Notes: generated by a model from the sequence alone, not told the origin. A DNA stretch of 61,517 bases from a virus (IMGVR_UViG_3300030389_004959:1-61517), one strand, 5' to 3'; positions 6,379-16,981 are shown, numbered from the stretch's first letter. Translations and numbers: made by a program.

Positions 6379-9300
6379 TGGCCACCGAACCAACGATGAG
6401 CGACGATCAGTTGTTGCTCAACAACAGCAGATCCAATCGTCAGTTTGTGCTGCCAGACAGCGCAGACGCAGAGTCAACGCTTCCTGATTTGTTGGGCGAG
6501 ACACTACCGACTTCTCCGGCCTACGAAATTGGGGAACCCAATATGGGTGCGTTGATTGTCGAAGATAAGATTCGTCAGCAAAACGACGATTCAGGATTTG
6601 CGAATCAACTGTTTGGTTCGTTGGAACAAACCATTTTTCAAGACAATCCTCGTTTGAGTGGTCGTGCAATCGAGGGAATGGGTCGCGTCACGGGTATTGA
6701 TGCGATGAAAGAGTTCGGAGAAAACATCGTCCGTGAGTTTGATGAGTCACCTGACAAAGAACGGTTCATCCCCCGAGTCGCATCGTATCGAGACGTGGAT
6801 GGTTTGAACTCTGCGTTGGACTACATGGGCTCGACGCTGGGACAAGGTCTGGGTTCAATCACCATGACGTTGGGTGGGGCTGCTGTGGGCGCCGGTGCTG
6901 GCGCCGCTGTGGGTTCTGTAGTTCCCGGTGCAGGAACTGCAGCAGGAGCCGTGTCAGGGGGCGTAGCGGGCGGTGCAGCCGCAAGTTCATTCTTGTTGAA
7001 CTATGGTGACACCTACGAGTATTTGATGGAACAGGAGGGCATGGACGCCGATGAGGCGGCAAATTTCGCATTGGTCCCCGGCTCCATCATGGCTGCTCTG
7101 GACGCATTCGCTGTTGGCAAGTTGCTGACACCGGTCAAACAAAACGTCGCGTCAAATGTCATTCGCAGAACCGGTCAACTGGCAAAGCGAGGTGCTGGGC
7201 TCGAGGCGATTACAGAGGCCGCACAGCAGGTGGTTCAGGAGTCTGCAGGAGAGTTGGCAGAAGCCACGGGCAAGGCTCCCAACGACATTGAGTTCCGTCA
7301 ACGTTTCGACAACACCGTGAATGCGTTTATTGCTGGTGGATTGACGGGTGGTTTCGTGGGCGCTGCGACATCACCGTTTCAGGTTCCGACTGAGGCTAAG
7401 CCGAAATCGCCGCCACCCTCGAGAGCTAGCTTCCAAGTAAAAGATGACGTCGATACTTCATTAGAAGATCTTCGACTACAAAACCGAGAACGAAAGACTC
7501 GGTTCGACGAACTCAATCAGGAGTTTGGAGCGGGATTCGTTTCACAGAGTGAGTACGATTATTACGCTGCCGAAAATCAAGCAGAGCATGGGTATTTGCA
7601 AACGTACATTGAGTTCTATGAATCTGGCGCCATTCCAAAGATTCAATCATCCCGATACCTCGAACGGCTTCGGAAAGATTTGTCCAAAGGCACAATCGAT
7701 CAGAACGTTTTCAATCTCAAATCTGCGTATCTTTCAGGAACTCTTCGGGCAGTTACCGATCTGAAAGACGAGAAAAAGTTCTCGTTCTACAGGGATCGTC
7801 AAACCGGTGCGGACATAATCAGGGAGAAGTTGATTGCTGCGCGACGACGCGGTGAAGTCGAAGAAGACGTGACAGAAATGACGTTGTGGCTGCTAGATAA
7901 AAATCCAAGCATCGCTACCAATCTTTCGATTTCAGTAAAAAAACGACCTGACGGAGATAAAAGCACCGCTGGACAATATCACAGCAATCCCATCGGCGGA
8001 TTGATGAGGGTTTTCAAAGGCGATGTGGCCAACAGAACGACCGCAGTCCACGAGATCTTGCACCATACGGAACGCACGCTTCCCGAAAACATCCGTCAGG
8101 GTATTTGGGACTCTTGGACAAAGTCCATTTCAAATGAGCTCGCCAACGCCGATGAGCTTGGTTCGGCATACCTTCGATGGGCTTTGGGTGAGGAAGTTTC
8201 GGATCCGAAGACCAATGAGAAAATTAATTCAAAGCGATTCGTAGAAGCGATTTACAACCAAAGACTTCCACGCACTTACTACCAGTACGTGAACCCCAGC
8301 GAGTTTTGGGCGGTGAACGCATCACGGATTGTTCAAGGCAGATTCGATGCGAGGAAAGCTTGGACATCGAGAGCCAGAGTTTGGTTGTCTGAGTTTATTG
8401 AAACAGCGAAGGGCGCCTTTGGTCTCAGATCTGATTCTGCAATCTTGGTCGGCTTGAAGTCTGTCATGGACGGCGATGGGACATTTGTTTCCAAAGATAT
8501 GTTGAGCGGGGGAACGATTTTCAGAGATGTTGACGAGAACGGTCAACCGATTCTTCAATCGATGCTGGATCGAGTGAAATCCGTCTTCAAGAAGCCAGAC
8601 GCTCCTGTTGTAGAAGAAGACCAACCGGGTGACCCAAGTCCGTATCCAACCATCGAAGAATTCGAACAGAGTCAATACGAAGAAAGTTTGGATACAGGAA
8701 CCAAGAAAAAGTTGTCTGAGTTGTTGGAGCAGATTGAGAAACTCAAGGAGTCGAGGAAGAAAGAAAACCTCGAGAAACTCAAACGTGTTTCAGAACAACT
8801 CAAGGATGATCCAAATCAGAATGTACGGCCTACCGTCACTGCAGATTTACCTGCAGTTCAATTGCGTCGAGGGCCACCAGTGGTTGGCACTGATTACGAA
8901 TTCAAATCCATTTTGGGTGAGTCAATCGAAGCACTGAAGCAAGACAAGATTGGTATTGATCAAGTCATACCCACTTTGAAGAGCACCGCGAAAAACAAAC
9001 TCAAAAGTGTTTTGACTGAAAGCGAAATCAAATTCGTTGGAATCCAACGATTCGTGGATCAGAAAAAAGCAGAGGGCCAGAAGTCCATCACAAAGCAGGA
9101 GCTACAAGAATATTTTGAAACCAACAAAGTTGACTTGAACGACAAAGTACAAATAAACCAAGTGCCTCCAAGTTTAAAGAAGGAAAAACAACGTGCAACC
9201 ATTTCAAACAGAGAGGCGTTGTTCGATTTGAGGCAACGGTTTTTCAATACCAGATCTCCCGTAAACATACTTCGACCTCTTCAAGTTGCATACGAACCGA

Positions 9301-11759
9301 ATCTAAGCCTTGAGGAGGAGGTGTTTCTTCCGCTCAATCGAGATCCCGACAATCTCCTGATTACGTTTCTTAGAGCTGTCGATTTTAACATTACGGCACG
9401 ACCGGGGGGAGAAGTTGTATCCCGCAGGGAACAAGAACTTCTCGGTTATACCCCCGATGATGCAACAAACTTCAATTTAGTTGATAACGACGTAATCGAA
9501 TATCTACCCACACAAGCTCTTGGTCATCTATACGAAAATCTATACGGTATTTCCGAAGCAGATCTTAGAGAAATGCCCAGTAGAAAAATCGGGACACTAA
9601 GCCGACTGCGAGCGGCAAAACCAAATCTTGATTTGATATGGCGCAACTTGCGTGGCTTGCAGATGAACCAAGCCGACAAGATCGAACTGATCGCAAGGAC
9701 TCTACAAAATCCAATCAACTACATGCGTCGATTGCCAAAGTACGCTGTTGTAGAAAGGGCAGATGCAAGTCCACAGGATTACTTCCTACCTGCAAGTACT
9801 CCACAAGCATTTGTTCCTACTGAGGTTGTCACTGTAAAAGGAAACGAATTCAGAAGGGTCGGGGGGACAAAATTTTACATTCCCGAGAACATCTTCGAGC
9901 GGAAACAAGTCAACAGAAAAACCCATTCTATTTTGAGCGATCAAGTACCGGGATTCGATAGTTATTTCTATGTCACTGAAAACGATAGAGCGACTACACC
10001 CAAACAACGCATCGAACAGATGTTCAGAGAACTGGAAGAGCTCTTCAAGATAGATGTTAAATTTTATAAAGAAATCGAACGGTATTACGCCGATGCAGTT
10101 GAAGCTGGAGAGGTCACAGGACCTTTCAGTGAAACTGGATTTTTTGAAGGTTTAACGAACGATCCATCATATGATTTCAGCACCCTGTATACGATAGACA
10201 ACATCGAACGCATTGTGGGCGTCAAACAAGCTCTCATGAGAGAGGCACCGTCGATTCTCTTCAGCCCCGAGTTCCAAGCACTTTCAGATTCTCAAGCATC
10301 TCTGAATGTACTGGAACAAAGACTCGCTGAGTTTGACCAACGATCTTTGCCGTATGAGACTCTGACGATCCCCGGTGGCAGTAATTATGGAATCGTCACG
10401 ATTGGTTTCGATACAAAAGAGGAATCTAAGTTTCGAGAGATGTCTAAAGATCCCATGGTTCAGGTCATGTATACCCAAATTCCTGAAGAGTTGGATCAAC
10501 TGGATGACCGTTCTGAAGATTCGGTTCCGCTTAAACCAATAAAAGATTTGGCTCCTGTTGCTCGCGAAAGACAAAAGAAAAATAGAATCGAATACAATGC
10601 ATTCGCGTCTCTCTCCCGACGAATTAGGGCGAAGTACAACATCCCAGAAGACATCCCTGTGCTGAGTATGTTGAACTCGGAGCTCAAATCAGACCCCGAC
10701 CCTGATAAATTTGGGGTTGATTATATGTTCGATCAAGCTGTAAACAACCCATCGAACGTAGTTTTTATGGGTGAACAGTTGGATTTCAGGGAAAGTCATT
10801 TCTCGATAAACGATCTCATCCATATTCGCTTCAAAAAACGAATCGATGAAAACGGAAAGATCTTCTTGTTCATCGAGGAGATCCAATCCGACTGGCATCA
10901 AAAAGGTCGGATTCGTGGATACACGAAAGAACAAAATGAGGTTCTTCGACAAAAATCCGAAAATCAAATCAAAGATCTTGAAATGGAACTCAAAAGTTTG
11001 ATTGACAGATTCTACAGTTCAAATCTAATTCAAGAGCCTGAAGTAGGTGGCTCCGAATTCGAAGATTTCGAATATGGAATGATATATACGCCACAACATG
11101 AGCAGCTCGAACAGCAGTATCTCGATAGTTTAGTTTTCGAAGGGATCAAGCAAGAACGAGAAAGTCGAGGAATCCCTTTTGATGAAGCGTCGATTAGACA
11201 GAAAAAGTCACCCTTCGAAGAGGAATTGACTAGATACTTCGAACTTGTTGGTAGCGAAAACATATCACCCGATGGCACACCATTAGGGGAAGGCCTTCTC
11301 TTCAGGGCTCGAAAGAGACTTGATGAACAAGAGGATGGCCCTGTTCCTCCTGCTCCGCTTTCCAAAACGAAAGAGTGGGCCTCATTGGGTATTCGTTACA
11401 TGCTTCGATACGCTGCAGAAAATGACTTCGAGGGCGTGGCTTTGACGCACGGACTGGCAGCACACGAAAGAATTCAGATGCCAAGAAAATCAGCCGAAAC
11501 GTTCTACGACAAAACTCTCCCGAGTCTGTTGAAAAAGTTGTCTGGAAAACCACTCAAAACAACCGTGTTCGATTTGGGACAAGAGGGTCAGTATTTCAAA
11601 TTCAACAATGAATCTGGCAAAGTGACTTCACAAGTCATTGAGTTTAATGAGGTCACCGACAAGGAAAAGTTTACGCAACCAATCAAGTTGTTCAGTGCTT
11701 TGATTGGTGCGACTTTGTTGAGCGATGAAGAGGAGGCGGAGTATGACGAAGAAACGTGA
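6378..11759 (+). CDS. Large polyvalent (probably virion-injected) protein: glycine-rich membrane helices, zincin-like HExxH domain, EEIQSDWHQ domain
   Basis: GGAAVGAGAGAAVG...GGVAGGAAAS; TAVHEILHH followed by SEFWAVNA; SHF..IHIRF..RIDENGKIFLFIEEIQSDWHQKGR...LGIRYMLRYAAENDFEGVAL. Confidence 0.75.
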   Translation: MATEPTMSDDQLLLNNSRSNRQFVLPDSADAESTLPDLLGETLPTSPAYEIGEPNMGALIVEDKIRQQNDDSGFANQLFGSLEQTIFQDNPRLSGRAIEGMGRVTGIDAMKEFGENIVREFDESPDKERFIPRVASYRDVDGLNSALDYMGSTLGQGLGSITMTLGGAAVGAGAGAAVGSVVPGAGTAAGAVSGGVAGGAAASSFLLNYGDTYEYLMEQEGMDADEAANFALVPGSIMAALDAFAVGKLLTPVKQNVASNVIRRTGQLAKRGAGLEAITEAAQQVVQESAGELAEATGKAPNDIEFRQRFDNTVNAFIAGGLTGGFVGAATSPFQVPTEAKPKSPPPSRASFQVKDDVDTSLEDLRLQNRERKTRFDELNQEFGAGFVSQSEYDYYAAENQAEHGYLQTYIEFYESGAIPKIQSSRYLERLRKDLSKGTIDQNVFNLKSAYLSGTLRAVTDLKDEKKFSFYRDRQTGADIIREKLIAARRRGEVEEDVTEMTLWLLDKNPSIATNLSISVKKRPDGDKSTAGQYHSNPIGGLMRVFKGDVANRTTAVHEILHHTERTLPENIRQGIWDSWTKSISNELANADELGSAYLRWALGEEVSDPKTNEKINSKRFVEAIYNQRLPRTYYQYVNPSEFWAVNASRIVQGRFDARKAWTSRARVWLSEFIETAKGAFGLRSDSAILVGLKSVMDGDGTFVSKDMLSGGTIFRDVDENGQPILQSMLDRVKSVFKKPDAPVVEEDQPGDPSPYPTIEEFEQSQYEESLDTGTKKKLSELLEQIEKLKESRKKENLEKLKRVSEQLKDDPNQNVRPTVTADLPAVQLRRGPPVVGTDYEFKSILGESIEALKQDKIGIDQVIPTLKSTAKNKLKSVLTESEIKFVGIQRFVDQKKAEGQKSITKQELQEYFETNKVDLNDKVQINQVPPSLKKEKQRATISNREALFDLRQRFFNTRSPVNILRPLQVAYEPNLSLEEEVFLPLNRDPDNLLITFLRAVDFNITARPGGEVVSRREQELLGYTPDDATNFNLVDNDVIEYLPTQALGHLYENLYGISEADLREMPSRKIGTLSRLRAAKPNLDLIWRNLRGLQMNQADKIELIARTLQNPINYMRRLPKYAVVERADASPQDYFLPASTPQAFVPTEVVTVKGNEFRRVGGTKFYIPENIFERKQVNRKTHSILSDQVPGFDSYFYVTENDRATTPKQRIEQMFRELEELFKIDVKFYKEIERYYADAVEAGEVTGPFSETGFFEGLTNDPSYDFSTLYTIDNIERIVGVKQALMREAPSILFSPEFQALSDSQASLNVLEQRLAEFDQRSLPYETLTIPGGSNYGIVTIGFDTKEESKFREMSKDPMVQVMYTQIPEELDQLDDRSEDSVPLKPIKDLAPVARERQKKNRIEYNAFASLSRRIRAKYNIPEDIPVLSMLNSELKSDPDPDKFGVDYMFDQAVNNPSNVVFMGEQLDFRESHFSINDLIHIRFKKRIDENGKIFLFIEEIQSDWHQKGRIRGYTKEQNEVLRQKSENQIKDLEMELKSLIDRFYSSNLIQEPEVGGSEFEDFEYGMIYTPQHEQLEQQYLDSLVFEGIKQERESRGIPFDEASIRQKKSPFEEELTRYFELVGSENISPDGTPLGEGLLFRARKRLDEQEDGPVPPAPLSKTKEWASLGIRYMLRYAAENDFEGVALTHGLAAHERIQMPRKSAETFYDKTLPSLLKKLSGKPLKTTVFDLGQEGQYFKFNNESGKVTSQVIEFNEVTDKEKFTQPIKLFSALIGATLLSDEEEAEYDEET

Positions 11760-12021
11760 TTCAAGAGGCCGTCTCCGTGACTACAAGAAAGAGTACGAGC
11801 GTGACCACAAGTCTGACAAAGACAAGAAGGACCGTGCATCTCGAAACGCCGCTCGAAAGAAGATTCGCGACTTCTACAAGAAACATGGCAAAACTCTTTC
11901 CAAGAACTTGGATGTTGACCACAAGGATGGCAACCCTCGAAACAACAAGTCGGGCAACTTGAGGACCATGAAAAAAGGCGACAATCGCGCACGATCCAAC
12001 AGGTTACGCGCGAAAAAGTAG
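11743..12021 (+). CDS. Small HNH endonuclease next to the packaging genes
   Basis: DVDHKDGNPRNN..GNL.......NR; GGAGG RBS before ATG 11743. Confidence 0.8.
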   Translation: MTKKRDSRGRLRDYKKEYERDHKSDKDKKDRASRNAARKKIRDFYKKHGKTLSKNLDVDHKDGNPRNNKSGNLRTMKKGDNRARSNRLRAKK

Positions 12022-12065
12022 TCATTCAAGCGTTGGCTGAGATGCTACTGTTTATTGTGAATAAG

Positions 12066-12074
12066 TGATACGAT
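12066..12074 (+). promoter_or_regulatory. Extended -10 element (candidate late promoter)
   Basis: TGATACGAT; the same pattern occurs at 17632, 27311, 40453 and 57047. Confidence 0.45.
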
Positions 12075-12092
12075 CGATAATACGAGGTTTAC

Positions 12093-12596
12093 ATGGGACG
12101 AAACAACGGAAGATCAGGCGGTACTGAGTTGACCCCTTGGATCGATCCAGAACTTCTGGATTACAAGCCAACTGAACGGCAGTCCGCATTTCGTCGATGC
12201 GTGCGAAACTGTGTTCTGAATGGAAAGTATTTCAAAGCCGATTGGTACAGGGCTAGCTCACGATCTGAGTCGCAGGCTTTCAAAGGTCACCCAGTAACCC
12301 CAAGCGAATTCAAGAAGTGGTCTCAGAAAAAAGCCTTCATGGTTTGGTTTTTTGAAGACTTTCCAGAGGCAGACCCCATCAGTGAACAAGAGTTGCAGAT
12401 GATCGAACACAAGTGGTGGCGAGGCGTTCTCGATGCCATGGATGAGGGTGAAGAGTGGGCGTTCCGTGCATTCGCCAAAGTTCGTTTTGAAGCCCGTAAG
12501 GTCGAGCAGCAGAGGGCAGAAGACAAAGAGCTTTCAGATTTTTTGGGCAACGGGAGCGAAGGCGGCGCTTGGCACATCAATGCACCTGAGGCGTAG
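12093..12596 (+). CDS. Hypothetical protein, probable terminase small subunit
   Basis: Size and position directly upstream of and coupled to TerL; no diagnostic motif. Confidence 0.5.
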   Translation: MGRNNGRSGGTELTPWIDPELLDYKPTERQSAFRRCVRNCVLNGKYFKADWYRASSRSESQAFKGHPVTPSEFKKWSQKKAFMVWFFEDFPEADPISEQELQMIEHKWWRGVLDAMDEGEEWAFRAFAKVRFEARKVEQQRAEDKELSDFLGNGSEGGAWHINAPEA

Positions 12597-14170
12597 TGTC
12601 CAAAAACAACACACAAGTACTGAACCGCAAGTTGGGAGTCATCGCAGAGGACCCTCGTGAGTTCATTTCGCGTTTGAAGCTTGTTGATGAAAAAGGCATC
12701 GAGCGACAGTTCAACACGCCATTCCCAGAGCAGGTGTTGGCGTTGAATGATTTTATGTCTCCCGCAGAAACCATCATTCATTACAAGCCCCGCCAAATCG
12801 GCGATACAACCGTCGCGTCCGCCTACAATTTCGACTACACGTACTGGGCTACAGATCCCGTCAGAACGCTCGTTGTGGCAAACATTTATGAGACCACAGA
12901 TTCAATCTTCGGAAAGCTCCAGCACTTCTACAGGGGGCTTCCAGAGGTTCTCAAAAGACCAGTCGCAAGGTCAAACAAGAAAGAGCTAATCTTCGACGAC
13001 ACTCAGGCCGGATTTAGATGCATGACTGCTGGGGGAAAGGGTCATGGTCGTGGTTGGACGTATCAACGTCTTCATGCAGATGAGCTTGCGTTTTGGCCCA
13101 ATGCAGAAGAGGTATGGGCTTCGGTGACATCGACCATGCACCCCGGTCCGCATCTAAAAACAATCATTTTGTCGACTGCCAATGGACCGGGGAATCTGTT
13201 TCATAAAAAGGTTTTGGCTGCCCGCGAGGCTCAAAGACAAGGCGACGACTCGGTGCAGTTTAGGTTTTTCCGTTGGTGCGATCACCCTGCATATTCATCG
13301 TCAGTTCCTGACGGATGGGAGCCAGACCATGAAGAGTGGGAGCTTGCTCAAGTGCATGGCCTTTCGATGGAACAGTTGTATTGGCGCCATTCGAAGATCA
13401 ACGGCGTCAGTGGTATCGGTTTATCCAAGTTCCGTCGCGAGTACCCACTCACAATCGAGGACGGTTTTGCAGAGTTTGAAGGGTCATGGTTCGATCAGGA
13501 CTACCTGAACGAGGTGTTGTCATCCATCGCTCCTCGAGACGGAGAGTTGCGTATCTACGAACGTCCACAGCCCGGAATCAACTACGCCATGGGGGTTGAC
13601 CCATCATGGTGCAATGGAGGCGACTACGCGGTTGCACAAGTGTTGAGTGCGGACGGTCGACAGGTTGCCACCCTTTCAATGAACAAGGGTGGAGAGATCC
13701 TGTTTGCTACAAAAGCAGCAGAGCTTGCTTCTCACTTCAACAAAGCCAAAACGTTGATTGAAAGCAACCCCGGTGGTGCAGGTCCGGTAGTGATTCGTGA
13801 GTTCCACAAACATCACATCCCTCTGTGGACGCGCCCTGCAGCTCGCGGTCGCAAACCCAGCACAACGCCAGTTTATTGGAGCACGTCTCGAGGTTCCAAA
13901 GAAGAGGGTTACGCACATCTCCGTCAGGTCGTAAACGGAGACGGTCTCACCCTAAATGACGATACAACCGTCCAAGAGTTGATGCACGTTCGCGAGGCCC
14001 ACGGAAAAATTGAAGGTCAAGACGGCTACCACGATGACCACGCAGATGCTTTAATGCTGGCAGAGTGGTGTCGCAGGGGTATGCCTACTGCGAAGCTTCC
14101 GCCTCTATCTTATAAAAGACGTTATGTTGCACACCGCAATCCATTCGTGAATAAACGAGAGCTTAGGTAA
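12596..14170 (+). CDS. terL: Terminase large subunit
   Basis: KPRQIGDTT (Walker A-like), LHADELAFW (Walker B), ILSTANG coupling motif, nuclease motifs MGVDPS..GDYA and HDDHADALMLA. Confidence 0.95.
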   Translation: MSKNNTQVLNRKLGVIAEDPREFISRLKLVDEKGIERQFNTPFPEQVLALNDFMSPAETIIHYKPRQIGDTTVASAYNFDYTYWATDPVRTLVVANIYETTDSIFGKLQHFYRGLPEVLKRPVARSNKKELIFDDTQAGFRCMTAGGKGHGRGWTYQRLHADELAFWPNAEEVWASVTSTMHPGPHLKTIILSTANGPGNLFHKKVLAAREAQRQGDDSVQFRFFRWCDHPAYSSSVPDGWEPDHEEWELAQVHGLSMEQLYWRHSKINGVSGIGLSKFRREYPLTIEDGFAEFEGSWFDQDYLNEVLSSIAPRDGELRIYERPQPGINYAMGVDPSWCNGGDYAVAQVLSADGRQVATLSMNKGGEILFATKAAELASHFNKAKTLIESNPGGAGPVVIREFHKHHIPLWTRPAARGRKPSTTPVYWSTSRGSKEEGYAHLRQVVNGDGLTLNDDTTVQELMHVREAHGKIEGQDGYHDDHADALMLAEWCRRGMPTAKLPPLSYKRRYVAHRNPFVNKRELR

Positions 14171-16395
14171 TGGCAGATTACGAAACATTTCAAGACAGGG
14201 ATTACAGTGGCGATCAAATATCACCACAGTTCATCCATGATCAGTTGAGAGCTCACGACCGCAAGATGAAAGAGGAGCGGAATCAATGGGCTCTCACCAA
14301 AGCTTGCTACACGACCAACTATTGGAAGCACGTTCGTCACCGGAACTACACCGGTAAGCAGCATCAAACTCGAGACAACGAAATCAACGTCGAGGTCAAC
14401 CGTCTCTTCGGCATCATCACCTCGTATCTGGCAGCGTTGTATCCGAGGTCTCAACGTGCAATCGTGATGCCGGACCCCAACGGTGTTGGCGACTCAATGA
14501 AGGCAGAGTTGGCGCTCAATAGGTTCATGGAGTCTGCACGGATTCACCATCGAATCATGACGGCTCTGCGACAGGGATTGTTGTATCCGGGGTCAGGTGC
14601 CAAGATTGGGTACTACGCAGGGCGTGGCAACCCGTTGGACCGTGTTTGGATGAGGGTCATTCCTTGGTGGGAGATGGTGCTCGATTACGACGTCGGAGAT
14701 GCCGAAGACGAACGATTCCGTGGGCATGTTTATTACCGGCCGAAGAAAGAGGTCGAAGAAGAATATGGTCTCAAAAACCTTTCAGGCACGGAACGGGATG
14801 ATTTTTTGCGAGTCGGCTACACCGGCAAAAATGCCGACAGCGGATACAAGCGCGCTTATCCAAAGCAAGACAAGGCGAAAAAAGACAACACAAACTTTGT
14901 GCGTGTTCTTGAGATCTGCAATCTCAAAGACACCTTCGAAGACAAGGAAAACCCCGGAATCTTGTATCAAGGTCGTTTGGAAATCTACGTGCTTGGTCAA
15001 GGCAAGATGTCTCAGAAGCCTGTGTATGTGGGTCCCCTGCCTTTTGCGGAGGTGGATGGACGACCTCTTTCTCACATCATTCCGTTGATTTTCAATCATG
15101 AGCCCGAGTACCCCCTTCGTGGCATGGCTCATGCAGATCGAATCTTGCCTCAGATTCAAGAGTTGAACTCGTATCGATCCTTCATGGCGATGGCGACACG
15201 AAAAGATACTCGTCAGTTCATCACACGAAAGGGAACATTTGGTGCTGATGAACTGACGGACCTTACTGAAGGTCACGATGGTCTGATTTTGCAACTCGAG
15301 CAGGACTTTGATCGTCCTCTGGGTGATGCGATTTTGTCTCTCGGGAATACCCCGATTAGTTCGAACATCGATCAGTACATGGCTTTGGTCGAGAACGATT
15401 TGGATCGGAACATCAGTTTGAGTCCTTCTGCTCGTGGCATCGTCACAAAGGCGACTGCTTTCGAAGTCCAAGCGGTTCAGCAATACACAGAGTCTGAGTT
15501 TGGGATGCATGCATCCATCAAAGATGAATGGCTCACATCGATCCTCAAAGTTGTTCTGAGAGCTTTGATTTCCTGCATGCAGGATTTGGGTGACTCCGCT
15601 GGCGCTTATGAAAATCAAGACGTTGAGTTGGCCGAGGTCGGAGCGATTTCGACGGATCAATCTGTGGAGTCTGTTTTGAACGCAGAAGAGGTTCCCGCAG
15701 ACGGTGCGGATCAACTTGCTGCCGCTGTAGAGCAACAACAGGATGCAGAGCAACAACCGTATGTTGATGAGAATGCACTGCAGGACTTCCAGCCCGACCC
15801 AGAAGAACCCGGAAAGGTTGAGGCAGATGTTTTGACGCTTCGTGATCGCAGGGACTTCGTTGAGGTGACGGTAGAAGATTTGAATGCTGACTTCCAAGTA
15901 AGTTTCTTGGAGGGTGGCGGTGCTCCAATGGACGAGGCTGTTCAACAGCAAAATCTGTTGGGATTGCTTCAACCCTACACCCAACTTTGGCAAGCCTCTC
16001 AACAAGCTGGTCCGGTAGGTTTCTTGTCTCGTCAGTACATGAAGACAATCGCAGAAAAGTTCAATCTGCCCAAGGATCTTCATCCTGATGAGTTGGATTC
16101 AAAGTTCGCGGAAGAGCAGGAGAGAGAAGGTGAAAAACCAACTCCCGCACCACCGCAAGATGATCAACAAATTCTTGAAGAAGGTGCACAACCTGCTCAA
16201 GCTGCAGAGACTCCAGATCTTTCTGATTTGGCTCAACTTCCACCCCAAGAAGCAATTGGCGCGTTACGTGATATATTCGCTAACGATGCAGAAATGCAAC
16301 AAGTATTGGATCAACTTGAAACCTTGCCTCCTGAGCAGCAGAGCCAAATGATTGCGACGATTCTTTCAACTGGAGATCAAGGTGCCACTGTATAG
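14170..16395 (+). CDS. Portal protein
   Basis: 741 aa right after TerL; VNRLF..I...LAALY, RG....ATAFEVQ, acidic Gln-rich C-terminal tail typical of P22-like portals. Confidence 0.85.
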   Translation: MADYETFQDRDYSGDQISPQFIHDQLRAHDRKMKEERNQWALTKACYTTNYWKHVRHRNYTGKQHQTRDNEINVEVNRLFGIITSYLAALYPRSQRAIVMPDPNGVGDSMKAELALNRFMESARIHHRIMTALRQGLLYPGSGAKIGYYAGRGNPLDRVWMRVIPWWEMVLDYDVGDAEDERFRGHVYYRPKKEVEEEYGLKNLSGTERDDFLRVGYTGKNADSGYKRAYPKQDKAKKDNTNFVRVLEICNLKDTFEDKENPGILYQGRLEIYVLGQGKMSQKPVYVGPLPFAEVDGRPLSHIIPLIFNHEPEYPLRGMAHADRILPQIQELNSYRSFMAMATRKDTRQFITRKGTFGADELTDLTEGHDGLILQLEQDFDRPLGDAILSLGNTPISSNIDQYMALVENDLDRNISLSPSARGIVTKATAFEVQAVQQYTESEFGMHASIKDEWLTSILKVVLRALISCMQDLGDSAGAYENQDVELAEVGAISTDQSVESVLNAEEVPADGADQLAAAVEQQQDAEQQPYVDENALQDFQPDPEEPGKVEADVLTLRDRRDFVEVTVEDLNADFQVSFLEGGGAPMDEAVQQQNLLGLLQPYTQLWQASQQAGPVGFLSRQYMKTIAEKFNLPKDLHPDELDSKFAEEQEREGEKPTPAPPQDDQQILEEGAQPAQAAETPDLSDLAQLPPQEAIGALRDIFANDAEMQQVLDQLETLPPEQQSQMIATILSTGDQGATV

Positions 16396-16981
16396 TTTTC
16401 GGTGTAGTGACTGCGGATGGGAAAAAGACAAAATCTTCCGCGCTTCTATGCGGCCATCCGAAATCGATTGCTCGAACTGTGGCCGGTGGGCGAAATACCA
16501 CTTTTCACCATCGAAGCATCAATCAAACGACGCAAAGTACACGACATCGTACAACTCAGAAAAAAAGGGACTGTCGATTCACCAATACAAGTGTCAGGAC
16601 TGCGACTCCGTTTTCGAACGCCTCGTTGAACACAGCAAAGGTGAGGATGTTACAGATACCACCCCTTGCACCGAATGTGGGTCTTCAAACACAAACTGGA
16701 AACCGTCCGTCCGGATTGATCGTTTTAGTGAACAGTTCCCTTATTTCGATAGAGGGTTGGGCGTTTGGTTAAAAAACAAAGAACACCGACGACAAATTTG
16801 CAAAGAAAGAGGCCTCACACCTGTCGGAAACGATGCAAGTGAAGATAGAATATTTTCTGAATTTGATCAACGTCGAGAAAAAGAAGAAAAAGAATACAAT
16901 GATTATGTAGACAGACTTGATAATGCTCCCGAGTTCCGTGAGTATAGGAAAGCTGTAGATAAGGGTCAGATTACACTTTAA
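16382..16981 (+). CDS. Protein with two tandem FmdB-like zinc ribbons
   Basis: PLYSFRCSDCG...CSNCG and HQYKCQDCDSVFE...CTECGS; GGAG RBS before GTG 16382. Confidence 0.85.
   Translation: MPLYSFRCSDCGWEKDKIFRASMRPSEIDCSNCGRWAKYHFSPSKHQSNDAKYTTSYNSEKKGLSIHQYKCQDCDSVFERLVEHSKGEDVTDTTPCTECGSSNTNWKPSVRIDRFSEQFPYFDRGLGVWLKNKEHRRQICKERGLTPVGNDASEDRIFSEFDQRREKEEKEYNDYVDRLDNAPEFREYRKAVDKGQITL

Noticed and set aside
11743-12021. HNH as a mobile intron/homing element
   Set aside because: Free-standing, interrupts no gene, and sits in the usual terminase-adjacent position
14782-16083. 433-aa antisense ORF opposite the portal
   Set aside because: In-register shadow of a codon-biased gene; no motifs recognised
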